Assembly: GCA_951406725.2 (NCBI GenBank)
Contig: OX597821.1
Span: forward strand, 28,334,001-28,398,000
Length of the DNA stretch: 64,000 nucleotides
Origin: Octopus vulgaris
Lineage: Eukaryota
Direction of reading: 5' to 3'
The notes beneath the pieces are model-generated. The model worked only from the letters and a program-made list of their open reading frames with translations. It was not told the origin of the DNA and made no database searches. Below, one piece after another: positions 41,270-53,897 of this stretch (its first letter is position 1; each line of letters opens with the position of its first letter). The translations under genes and the position numbers were made by a program.

Positions 41270-41963
41270 GCATTATTTGCACGTTTTTGTGAGTGTGTGT
41301 CTGTGTGTTTCTGCGTGTATGTGTTTGCGTGTGTGTCCGTGTTTATGTGTGTGCATGTATGTATACAGAGCAATCATTTGCATAACAACAAAAGAATTAG
41401 GAAAGAATTTTTTTTTAAAAAACAATGGACGAAATTAGGTAAATAACGCTAACATTGAATGCTAGTTTTCGATAACTTCTTAGTGCAACATATTCGGTTC
41501 TCGGAATCGTTTCTGAGCTGTTGTAATGCTTCATAGTGAAAAACAAAAAAATATTCTCGCTGTATAGCAATGTCACCACTTAAAATTTAAGACTATTTAG
41601 TTATTTTTAATGTCAAAGATTTGACAATTTCAGTTTTGTTAAAATTTTAAATTTAATCTTAATTCAGTTACATATCCGAAAACAGGTTTTCGCCCATAGT
41701 CTTATAATTAAGAGTGTAGCGTCCGTCTCTTTGAACGGTAAAAGATATGGTTGACATATGTGGGTAACTTCGACGTTACTATTATAGTTTTAAGCTCGAT
41801 AAAAGAACAGCTCAGTAACGATAGCGGAAATTGAACAAATTTTTTATACATATATGTAATATGTATATATCATCGGTAGGAATTAGAGAGTAAGTCAAAA
41901 GCTGAGTTTCGTGCATTGGCACTTATCAAACACGAATTTTTCCATTGTCACTCTGTGCCTTCT

Positions 41964-42452
41964 GACGAAATAACTTCTAAAATATAAAATTTTGTCCAAA
42001 ACGTGACACAAACTGCCAATATCGGAAGTTTGAAAGTATTTAGTTTAAAAAAATTAATTAAGTAATCTGTATGTCTAATTGAATAGATCCGAAATGAATG
42101 AAAGGCAAAGTCGACCTCGACGAAATTTGAACTCAAAACGTAAAGACAGACGAAATATCACTTCTAAAATATGAAATTTTTTCAAAAACGTTAAGAGTAA
42201 ACCCTAATTTATGTGACACATTCTACCAGAATGGGAAGTTTGAAACTGTTTAGCTTTAAAAAATTAATGAAATAAAATGGCGGTGCCCCAGCATGGCCAC
42301 AGCTCGTGAGCTGAAACTAGATAAAAAAAAAATCAAAACGAAATCTGCACGACAAAGTTTACTACGGCGAAATTTGAAGTCAAAAACGCAGACCGAGAAA
42401 ATACAGCCAAGCACTTCAACCACCGCGCTACCGTTTCTGCCAGCTCGCCACC
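41964..42452 (-). mobile_element. Degraded SINE-B pieces (42050-42150, 42340-42452) interleaved with a ~185-bp-period local duplication
   Basis: gaaaggcaaagtcgacctcgacgaaatttgaactc and ctgccagctcgccacc. 'gacgaaata..acttctaaaatat...ggaagtttgaaa' appears at ~41964 and ~42150. Confidence 0.7.
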
Positions 42453-44619
42453 TTAGAATGAAATCATTGATTTTAGAAATATATTCGTTATTCTTATAGC
42501 TGGAGCTTTACTCCCTTACTCTCTTACTTACTGACAGGAAATTTCGTAACATTTTTCTACTAAGTTTTGTTCAATGCGACTGAATTCCTCATGCATTTTC
42601 CTATCATTTAAGGCTAACAAATTATACTTTTAATTTAAAATTTAAAAGTTTATGTTAATTGAAGGTGAATATGTGCTTTACTGCCCCCACCCTTGAGGTT
42701 ACATATATTTTGATGTAACGTTTTTTCTACTGAACGAAATCTCAAAATATTTATTCCAAAGGGTAGCTGAGTGGGTGTCCCCTTTAAAACTATTAACAGT
42801 TTGCAATTTAGTTGAGAACTGAATTAGTGGTGAAGCTTGGAAGATGCTGCGATTGACGAAATTGTGGACTTAAGAATATATTCAACCACTACCGTGGTTG
42901 AACACACACACATATATATATATATGTACACCCGCAGACGCGCATACACACATACATATACATGGATAGATAAATAGATAAGTAACATAGCAGTGACATG
43001 CTCACATATATACATACATGCTTGCATACATACATAGATACATACATACACCCGCGGTTACATAACTTTATTCTGTTATTCTTCTATATTATCTGGTTCT
43101 AATAATCAAATTAAGGCCATGCCGAGATAAAACTTTTAGTGCTTTGGTTGATGATATCTACAGTGGTATTAAACCATTAAATGCAGTACATATTTAAACA
43201 CAGACACAGACGGGGAATACGTGTGCACTGCCACATACATGTACTCACATTCATTTATATACATATAGTTTTGTGTATGTATGTATGTGTTTGTGTGTGT
43301 GTATGTGTGGTAAGTTTGTGTATCCAGAATGATTTATCCTCCTGTGTTCAGGCGTCTCATTTTCTATTTAAAATTAGCAGATAATTTACTACTCTTTCAC
43401 GGTAGAAGGCCAACATTTCCTTTATCTATAGGCGGAAGGAAGTTGACAGCCAAAAAAGAAAAAAAACCCACAGAAATGATGTATCATGATGTTATTGATA
43501 TATACTGCCCGCAAACACAGAGACCATTAAGTGACACATGACACTTGAAGAGCATTAAAAAATGCATAAAGTATATAATTGTTATTTACGAATGCATAAA
43601 GTATATAATTGTTATTTACGAATACATACGGTACGAACATTCTCTCCGCTTATTTTAACACACTTGCTTCTTGCACACCGTTCGATAATCTAAGTTCTGA
43701 AGCCTGTACTCACCTAAGTGTACATATTTAAGAGAAATCAAATATTCACATACACTTTTAAACGTACTTGGTGTAAACATGAATTTTCGCTGTGTTACAT
43801 TTCATTGGAAAATATTTGATGCAAATAATTGCAAACACTCTGAAACTGACATTATTAAATGAATGTCTCCTATGAATCATAAAAATAATCTAATTTCCTT
43901 TTTAATCGTTTGTAATGAGATAGTGTTTTGATATCTCCAGAGATAATAGTTTACATTATCTTAGTTAGAGATCATGTCAGCATTGTAGCCCCTAACGAGC
44001 TGTCTCTTTACTTTGCTTGCCGTGTCTAAGTTTGGACTATTGTAAATATATCAATATATGTTGAATCTTAATTAAATACGTTTTCCTTTTAAATAGTTAA
44101 CTTTTAAACTCTTTTCTACTGTTACTCTTTTATAGGTTTCAGCCTCTGAACTCTGGTCATACTGGAGCACCACTAGGTCATCACTCGACACCAGTACTTT
44201 AGGATTTAATTTTGAAGACTGTTGCTTCTATCGCTTTTGTTTATGGAAACGAGGAAGTAAACAAAGCAGCTGTATGGGTAAACACGCAGAGACACACTCA
44301 GTCATACGTATATAAGCACACATAGATCACTTCCCATACACATATACAAGAAGGGTTCCGTCTCAGTTTCTATCTACTACATCATTCCATTATATAGGGT
44401 TGGCGTAGTGCTAGGACAGAAGACATTGAATTCAAGAAAAACAAAAACACCAGAGGACGTTTCCATAAAGGTAAATCTAAGGCGGAGGGAAGAGGACGTG
44501 TTTAGTCTTAGCTGGCAAATCACTAGAGATAATGTCTCCATGAAAATACTGGTCGTTGAGACACCTCACAAAACCTAGTACTCTTTATATGTGTAGAACC
44601 AAAATATTTTTTTAAAATA

Positions 44620-45020
44620 GGCGTGGCTATATGGTAAGAAACCTGCTTCTCAACTACGTGGTTGTGGGTTTAGCTCACTTCGTGGGACCTTAGGTAAGTG
44701 TCTTCTGCTATATCCTCGGAATGTGAAAAAAAGCCGTCGCTTATGTATATGTGTGTGTGCGTGTGTATATATATATATATAGACCGACAGACAGGCACAC
44801 ACACACACTCTCCCACACACATATATATGTGCATGTGTGTGTGATTGAGTTTCTGTGAGGTTGCGTGTGTATATATATGTTTCTGTGTGCCTGTCTGTCC
44901 TTGTCGCCATTTGTCCTCCCATCACTGCTTGACAACCGTGATTGTTTACATCGCTGTAATTGAACGGTTCGACAACATATACCGAGAGGATAACCCTTTA
45001 AGACGGTGCCCCAGCATAGT
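44620..45020 (+). mobile_element. Degraded SINE family A (another degraded copy on - strand at ~44100-44370)
   Basis: ggcgtggctatatggtaag...gggaccttaggtaagtgtcttctgctata...cggtgccccagcat. Confidence 0.75.
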
Positions 45021-45239
45021 AAAATGGGATTCAGCATAGTAAAAGATTTAAATATTAAAGATAGATCTTTTGTGAAACTCGAACGCCGGCTGACGTTTTC
45101 TGTAATGTAAGTCTTCCACTGTGCAGCTGGTTGGACTTAGTCGTCATCCGAATACTGTTTCAAGGTTTAGGAGAAAATGGACTCAAAATGGCAATAGTAC
45201 TGTAATGTAATGTTATTACGGGAGCAAGCCTACCCGAAT

Positions 45240-47515
45240 TGGATACCAGAAAAAAGCACAAAATTTGGACAGAGAATGACAAGTTCCAGATCACTGAACA
45301 AAGACTTTTAGACCAAAGGAATGTGAGCGTAGACGGACGGTCGCTATCCCAACTCACTTTGGAGGAGATCTCTACAATAGCGATTTGGTGTGAAAGAGAC
45401 AACACTGGATTCGAAGAACGAAAATCAGAAGAAGAACAAGAAGGAGAAGTGCCTAATTGGAAAGCCCCGAACCAGATGGGATTCAAGCTGAAGAGATACT
45501 AATCGGTGCATGAAAGACTAGCAGCTTAATTGAATGAGTGTGTCCAGAAAGATACGGTTCCTGAATGGATGGTAACTGGGAGGACAAGACTTGTAGTGAA
45601 AGATAGAAGAAAGGGTAATGTTGTGGGAAACTACCGCCGCCCTATAGCATGCCTTAAGATAATCTGGAAGATACTCGCTGAAATATGTGCGGTAAAGACA
45701 GAATTTTCTGGCACAAGAAGAAATACTACCAAGGGAACAAAAAAGGTGTAGAAAGAGTTCTCAAGGTACCAAGTATCACCTGGTCATCGATAAAACAGTT
45801 ATGAGGCATTGTAAAAAACATCAAACAAACATGCCTAAGGCGTGGATTGCCTTTAAGAAAGCACATGATATGGTGCCTCATTCTTTGATCATTGAATGCC
45901 TGCAGGTGTTTGGTATTGCTGACAACGTCACAAATTTTCAAATGCATAGCATGAAAGAATGGAGAACCAAATTGTACTCAATTAATGTATTCCTTGAAAA
46001 AGTTAATATTAAAAGGAGAATCTTCCAAGGAGACTCGTTTTCTACGTTACTTTTTGTAATTGCGCTAATACCCATAACAATGACACTTAGGAAAGTTAAG
46101 ATGGGTTAACGATGTTGGATGAAAAGCCCATCACTGAACCATATTCTGCTTATGGATGATCTGAAATTCTAGGGGAAAACTGAGAGACATTGATACCTTA
46201 ACCAAAACAGTCCAGAAGTGTGATAGGAACAGCAGTATGGAATTTGAGATTACCAAATGCTCAGTACTTAAAATGAAAGCAGCCTACAGATGATTGTAGT
46301 TACCACCAGGAGAGACCATATATATATATATATATATATATATGTAGACATTATACATCACTGAATTGGTAGCGAGAGCCTGGTCTTGTGCAGCAATGAT
46401 CAGGCTTTCCTGGTACGCTACAAATCACCTCGCTCAAGTCATGCTCACTATGCTGTAATATTTTTCGCGGCATATTGCAGCAGGTCTTCATCACTATTTA
46501 TCAAATACTCGGCAAGCGTTCTCCTTTCAATCCTTATGCAATGGTCTATGCTAATTAGTCCTCTGCCACCAGTCTTTCTTTTCATATACAGTCTGTTTAC
46601 GTTTGTACCAAATGCAGCGTCATTAACTCTCACGTTCTTCTATCCAGTGTTGTTATTTCCTCCTTAGTCCATTTGAGGATAGACGCACTATATCTGACCA
46701 CCGCAACTTCCCAGATATTCATTGCGGTAATCAAGGTTTTGGCATTTAGGTTGGATTTCAACAACAACTTGACTCTGTTTTGATACGCCTCGCTGACGTT
46801 GATTTTCATTTCTCTATGTAGAATGTCATCTATCTCTAAAATCCCAATATATATATTCAGTGATGTATAATGTCTAGAAATTTTCTGACACCCAGAAATG
46901 CAGACTCTAAGGAAAGAGTGTGGAAAATGTGACCCACTTGGTAAGTGGATGTGAAAGCCTTGCAGAAAGAGAATACAAGTACCGCCACGATAATGTGTGT
47001 GTATATCTTCTTATGCTGCAAATACCAATATAAAGTAACAGAGAACTCGTATGATTATGTACCAAGTATGGTTATGCAGGAGAGTAGTAAAGTAACGATA
47101 CTCTTGGACAATGATATTCAGACGGAGCATCTAATAGAACAACGTCGGCCTGATATTGTCATATTGAATAACAGAGACAAATACTGTCATATCATTGACG
47201 TAGCCATAACAAATGACATGAATATTGTGAGTAAAGAGTTTGAAGTAATCACCAAGTAATCCGAATTCAAAGTGGAAATGGCAAGAGAGAGTAATGTAAA
47301 TGTGAAACCAGTTGTGATCGGAGTGTTGGGCTCAATCATGTTGAAGCTTCAAAACTTATGAAGGCAACTGGAAATCCCATGCAAGATTGATGTCTCGCAA
47401 AATGCTGCCTTATTGGGCACAGCGTACATCTTAAGGTAAGTATTATCTGATTGAGTTTCTTGTTGTGACTTGACAGATAACTAAAGACTCCGGTGCATTT
47501 CTACGTGTTACGAAG
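45240..47515 (+). mobile_element. Old R4/Dong-like RLE retrotransposon with an internal inversion, ending in (TAA)n
   Basis: PNWKAP, VPEWMVTGRT, KKAHDMVPHS, IFQGDSFS and LLMDDLK on +; 46367-46854 reads on - (RLYMKRKTGGRGL, IIAAQDQALATN); then CRL..ENVTHLVSGC, RHD and RPDIV on +. Left boundary approximate. Confidence 0.9.
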
Positions 47516-47550
47516 GAATAATAATAATAACAACAATAATAATAATGATT

Positions 47551-47582
<32 letters not shown>

Positions 47583-49149
47583 ATGAACAACAGCAACAAC
47601 ATCAAACACAATAACAACAATAACAATATCAACAATTTATGAAACTTCAGGATCACAGACGTCTTAGTAAGTTTTAGTACAGTACAGTACAGTGCGAAAC
47701 GTCCAGTACCACACTTTATCCTATCTGGTTTCGCTTCGAATTCTGTTCGTTACAGGTTTCAGTTGAAAGCATATATGGAATAATTTTCCTATCATAAAGA
47801 ATTTAAAATGTTTGCATGGCAACGAGAACTAAACCAAAATTTGAATGGAATTATTAATGAACGACAACATTTTGCAAGGAAACATGTTTTGTATAAAATA
47901 ATATTACCTAGAATCTAATGGCCTCGAATAAAATATTTATTGATTTTGTGAATTTTCTTCATGCTTTATTGTCGTTCTAATAAATAAAATGAACTTTGTT
48001 TATTTTTTTAAAGTGTGTTACAGCGTATATGGTTTAATTTTATATTTAACCTAATAAACAAGGTAAGTGGCTTAGTATTTGAAAAGTATGATGGGGCAGT
48101 ATAACAAAATATTAGTTATGAGTTGAAAGAACAAGGCAAAAAATATAAAATGAAAAGGAAATGAAATTATATAAAAGAGATTATATTTTTCCAGGTGGAA
48201 AATTCAATATTATAACATCGATGTGGAATTTCACGTATGAATGATCTTCATGGAAGCAATCAACAGTGAAATTAGATGTTTCAGCTTCCGTTTCGAATTT
48301 CAAAAGTACGCACTGAGTCTCTCTCAAAAATAGTTTCTGTTTGAAGGGATTGCCAATTAACGGAATTATTAATGGGAATACCAAGCAACCGCTTTAGCTA
48401 GAGAAATACCAATAGGTTTAAGACATTGAAATCAACATTAATGGGACAATTGGACGTATGTATGCATTGAAAGTAATGCAACACATGGAAATATTGAGCA
48501 AAGGGAATTATTGATAGCTGTGGTGTTTAGAGCGCAGCTGCTTTATGTTTGGAAATTATTGTGACATTCAAGTGTTGTGGCGTTGTGAAGTGGCAATGGT
48601 GTGGCAGAATGATAATGAAACACGTGTGGTGTCAATAATCCATGAAAAAGCAACGAAAGAATTGATTAGACGAAAAGCGAGGAAATTTGCTTGCTGTTGT
48701 TGTTGGTTGTTTAATCTCAAATCATCTCCGATTGAGCAGAACCGTTATCAAAAGTGTTCCGATTTTGACCATCCGACTTGTTTGCAAATATTCTATACTA
48801 CTTTTTCTTAAATCCAAAATGTCTTTCGTTTTTTAATCGAGAACACTGGGATTTCAAAAAGATGTATTAGCCAGCTCTAGCAAATCCTCTCCACAACTCT
48901 TTTCTTCTCGACAACTCTCTTCCTCTGCATTAGCTATGATTCTCAAACAAAAGGTATATAAGAGATAACTATGACTTTAGATCTTCGCAAACACTCCACC
49001 TTAATTTAAGTTGACTTTAAGGTGACATACATATTTTTCTATGGTCTTTTTTAAAGATAAAGCTGTCCTCGGAATAGTAGTGCACTTATTGTATTGACTA
49101 TTGGTTTTAGTTATATTTTACTTAGTCCTGGCTTCACAAGGACTCTACC

Positions 49150-49278
49150 TATACATACACACACACATATATATACTACCTATACATACACACACACTAT
49201 ACATACCTATACATACTACCTATACATACACTACCTATACATACTACCTATACATACTACCTATACATACACACACAC

Positions 49279-49375
<97 letters not shown>
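49150..49375. repeat. 13-bp minisatellite (tatacatactacc) grading into (TG)n(AG)n
   Basis: Seen directly. Confidence 0.85.
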
Positions 49376-49376
<1 letters not shown>

Positions 49377-49459
49377 CGAGATATCCTGTATACAAATTTG
49401 AATGACCTGCATTGGAAATAAGGAATCAGCTGTACCATCGCCTATCTGACGAGCCTAGG

Positions 49460-49845
49460 CTTAGCGGCATTTCGTCCATCTTTACGTTCTGAGTTCAAGT
49501 TCCGCCGAGGTCGACTTTACCTTTTATCATTTCGGGGTCGATAGCATAAGTGCCAGTTGAGTACAGTGGTGAATTTAGTCATCAAATCCCCAACCCCGAG
49601 CTTGCTGGCCTTGTGCCAAAGTTTGAAACCATTATAACACAAGTAACAAAGGCGGCCAGCTGGTAGAATCGTTAGTACAGTGAACTCGTATTCTTGTTCT
49701 GAACTCAAATACCACCGAGATCACATTTTCCCTTCATCCTTTCGGAATCGATAAAATGAGTGCCAGTTGAACAATGAGGTCGTTGTAATGGACTTACGCC
49801 CTCCCCACCAAATATTGCAGGCCTTGTGTCAAAATGTGAAACCAT
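49460..49845 (+). mobile_element. Two tandem SINE-B copies
   Basis: Both contain the 'tcggggtcgat/tcggaatcgat...agtgccagttga...ggccttgtg..aaa...gaaacca' end, each followed by 'cacaagtaa'. Confidence 0.8.
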
Positions 49846-50354
49846 AAACTCACAAGTAAATCTATTCATATTCCATACAGCCGCCTAAACAGCTCATTGT
49901 ATTATTTAGGGTATTGTTTTTTTTTGTCTTGTGTCCTGTAATTAGACTCCTCTACTTAATATTTCTGAAGTGCATTCGGTTGTTCTTTCGTACATGTTGT
50001 GTATATGTGTAACTCATTCAGTTTAACTGTTATGTGAGATGTAACCCATAATGTTTTGTATTTTTCTGCTTCAATTCACTTTTATAGGGATTGTTTCTTT
50101 TTTCGGTCTTAACATTCTGGTTATCTCTAATTCCAGATATTTTTACGGATAATTTACTCATTCATTTTTATGTAACCTTATCGTATTTCATGATTGATAC
50201 CTCGATAAGAAGGTGCTTCTTTTAATGACGGAATTTGATAAAAATATCAAGTTGATTTTTTCATCACTTGCATCTGACTGACGATTCTCATTATATTCTA
50301 AATTACCAGTGCGTTGTTAATATATGGCATCATGTCGCTTGTGTGGGTTATACC

Positions 50355-50768
50355 TATTTCTTTACTGCCCACAAGGGGCTAAACACAGATAGGACAAACA
50401 AGGACAGACAAACGGAATAAGCCGATTATATCGACCCCAGTGCGTAAATGCTACTTAATTTATCGACCCCGAAAGGATGAAAGGCAAAGTCGACCTCGGC
50501 GGAATTTGAACTGAGAATGTAGCGGCAGACGAAATATCAATTTCTTTACTACCCACAAGGGGATAAACACAGGGAGGACAAACAAGGACAGACAAAAGGA
50601 TTAAGTCGATTATATCGACTCCAGTGCGTAACTGGTCCTTAATTTATCGACCCCGGAAGGATGAAAAGCAAAGTCGACCTCGGCGGAATTTGAACTCAGA
50701 AAGTAACGGCAGACGGAATACGGCTACGCATTTCGCCCGGCGTGCTAACGTTTCTGCCAGCTCGCCGC
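50355..50768 (-). mobile_element. Young SINE-B with tandem partial duplication and 13-bp TSD
   Basis: Full unit at 50540-50768 (A-box TGGCAGAAACGTTAG, B-box GAGTTCAAATTCC) plus a 5'-truncated unit at 50355-50539. TSD tgtgggttatacc at 50342-50354 and 50769-50781. Confidence 0.93.
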
Positions 50769-51673
50769 TGTGGGTTATACCATTTGTTTACTGACTGTAT
50801 TTTATAACGATAGCATCGACTCAAGTGTATCAAAGCTCCAGTGCTGTTAGGCACAAATTTGTATCGTTTTAATTTTAATTGAGACTGGGCAGCCAGAGAC
50901 AGCGCGGCTTATCGTTTCCTCCTAATACCCACATTTTCTACTCCTACTGTTCCTGTTTTGGCAGCTTGTAATTAATATGTATTAGAAATGTGTCACAATA
51001 CATTATCTTCATATTCGTCTTCATGTGTTGCACTTCTTAAACTGCACTGAAAACGTTCTTAATCTACTTGTCATTAGTTCAGTCCTCTAACGCAATGCTA
51101 ATATTAATATAACAATCGTTGTAGCTTTGTTTCTTTCACATGGTCTGTGGGTTTCTTTTCTGAATACAACTATTTGTCAATCTGGAGTATGCTTTTTTTT
51201 TCATTTTGTCTTTTTGTCACAATAAACAGTTTTGTTATTTTCACGTTAGTAACTATTCTCCCTAACATTCTCTTGAACTTTCACAAGTCGTTTTTGTTTT
51301 AACCTAACAGTAGATATGCTATATTAGTTTACTAATTTCCGTTTGTCTCTCCTGGTAAATATTATATCGCAGTAATATTTTCTGGCAGGTGTATTCAAAA
51401 CACAGTCATTATTTTTCTTGCTCTTTTACAATGTGTTGATAATTCACTCGGTATCGGTTAATGATAGGATAAATATAGCTTTTTATCGTGTCGGCCGTTG
51501 CAATCAAACCAATTAACTTAGATTTCTTCGCGATTAGATATCATTTATGCATCCATCTGATGTATCTTTAATTTTGCTCTGTTATGTATTATGCATAAAT
51601 TCCTAAATATGTGCGTATCTGTACTTGGTGACTTTATTGTTGTTTCTTTAACGAATTCTCCTTTATTCAAGGC

Positions 51674-52101
51674 GGATCTTTTCGGTTTGAACGGCAGTTT
51701 TTTCCAGCGGTGTCATATGAATTTGTCATCCATAATTATGACCCTAGTATCGATCTATTGCATTTCAATCTATTTTAGGGTTAGGTTTAGTTAGGGTTAG
51801 GGGTGGGGGGAAGGGTATCTCTTTTTCTTCACAAATGTAAATACGCTCAATCTATTTCTTAAACGAGGGACATATTCATACGGCACAGAATGTTTTTTTA
51901 CCTCAATACACGTCACTGATTGGTTGAAATTGCAGAAATTAATGAAACAAAACAATAAATATCTAACAGACTATAGAATTTTCTCAATAAAGCCAAGAGC
52001 AAAAGATGTTTTATAAACACATTCTACCAGTATACGAAGTTTAAATTTATTTACTTACCTAGAAATTATGTTAAAAACTGCCGTTCAAACCGAAAAGATC
52101 C
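51674..52101. mobile_element. MITE, second copy of the 32392-32842 family
   Basis: Matching TIRs GGATCTTTTCGGTTTGAACGGCAGTTTTT. Flanks ttcaaggc / ttcaagcc. Shorter TTAGGG array at 51775-51802. Confidence 0.93.
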
Positions 52102-53194
52102 TTCAAGCCTGCTTTGGTGAGTTTTACTCATCTACATTTATATATATCCATTTTATGTCAGACTGTGTACCGTTTGTACCAGTGTTTTACAGTCATTCCC
52201 TACAGTATAAAGATTCAATATAGAGAAAATGCTCAAATATATTGCCTTTGCATTTGATCTTAATCTAGTCTACTTGAATATGTTATCATATAAATTTAGA
52301 ATGAAATAGGGTAGAGAAAATGTATCCTTGAAACATTGCTCCTCAAATAAAGATGCGTTTGTTTTTATTAATCCCTCTGCTTTACTTATTTGTGTGCTTT
52401 ATATAAATTTAAAATCGGTGATTTAGGTTTATTCATTTCATAATACATCTTAGGCAATAATTTTCAATTTCGCTCAGTGTGTGGACTATTTCTTAAGAAT
52501 ATAAGTTTTGCTACGTCCGTTTCTTCTCTGCTGTGGTGATCAACTACACTGTTCAAACCTCATTTCATTATCATTCTATTTCCATTTTTTGGTAATGTAT
52601 TGATTTCTCCTTTGTTTTTATCTAGTTCTAATTGAAATAATTCTTTATGTACTGAATTGTTCTCAGGGATGCTTTTGTGAGCAGTGATGTTATTACGTAA
52701 CAGCAGATTGAAATTATTTCATTCACTACAGCTGTTTCAAACGAGAACCTTACTGATGAATAAAGTTATTGGATCATGCAAAAAGAACTGTTTCTTTCTT
52801 TTCAGTTCAATATACACGAATTCCACATCTTTAAAACTTTCCAAGCATCAACATTATGTACCACTTCATGATACCTGGCTAGCTTCAGCCTAACAATGAT
52901 ATGCTTACTCTAGTTAGAAATTTATACAGGAAAAATATTAGGGTGACAAGAGCGGAGAGAAGTGTAGGGAAGACGTTGTAGTGGGAGTAAGAAAATAGAA
53001 TAGGGAATGAGCATCAGATACTCTGCTCTAACTTCAAAAGATTAGATTATGTTATCTTATTTATAAAGTTTTGATCACTGGACGACAATGTTCAAGTAAA
53101 AACACTTAAAGAGATAATGATAGTTTAAAGGGTACGTTATATAGTGAAGAGTTTTAGGTAGCTCTTGTGGAGGGCTCTTCATTAGGCCTAAATC

Positions 53195-53897
53195 CTAGTA
53201 AGTACACTCCATGCACCGAGTACATATTAAATTTTTTTGACTAGAACAATGTTTTTCAAGCAATGAACAATTTTCATCAAAACAATGATATAATTTGTCG
53301 ACTTGAAACTTATTGCAAAACTGCAAGATAAACAATAGTACCACCACCATCGTCACCGCACCCTACATACAAACAACATTCAGATTTCTGACGCTGCCAC
53401 CATCAATACCTTTGAATTACCCAGCCTTCCCCTCCATCATCATCACCACCACTGTCTTACACATCACTTACTCTCTGACTGCCTCGACTGCCACCACTAG
53501 CATTACCATCACCGCTGCCTCCGCCTCAATCACAGCTCCAGCTCATACTATTACTGTCACCCTATCACTATCGGTCAGTATCCTAGTCCAATATGTTTGT
53601 TCAGTGTTCAGTCCTTCTTTCTCCCATATTCTGACTCTTTCTCTCATATTATTACTCCCACCGCCACCATCAACACAACTACTTTTAATAAAAACATCAA
53701 CTCCCCCTACATTTCTTTGTCTCTCTTTCTGTCTCTCTCTCTCACTGTATAACTTCGCCACCCCCACTGTCTCTATGCCTACTATTACTCTCACCCCAAT
53801 ATGAGCAATAGTAGAAGTGTCGATGAATAGTTAGAGAGAGGGTCGAAGTGTAACAGACTGATACACAGAAATTAGTTTTCGCATTTATTATATTAGA
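53195..53897 (-). mobile_element. Non-autonomous Helitron-like insertion (second family)
   Basis: Minus strand begins TCTAATATAATAAATGCGAAA and ends CTAG with a weak ACTC..GAGT hairpin. The segment is absent from the inverted paralog at ~59140. Confidence 0.6.

Noticed and set aside
43561-43623. Two tandem 30-bp units, a superficial CRISPR-like repeat
   Set aside because: No spacers; a simple tandem duplication in eukaryotic DNA.
49446-49465. CTGACGA-GCC ta GGC
   Set aside because: No GAAA follows; it abuts a SINE.
53313-53804. 163-aa Thr/Ser/Pro-rich ORF
   Set aside because: Low-complexity interior of a Helitron-like insertion, non-ATG start, no domain.
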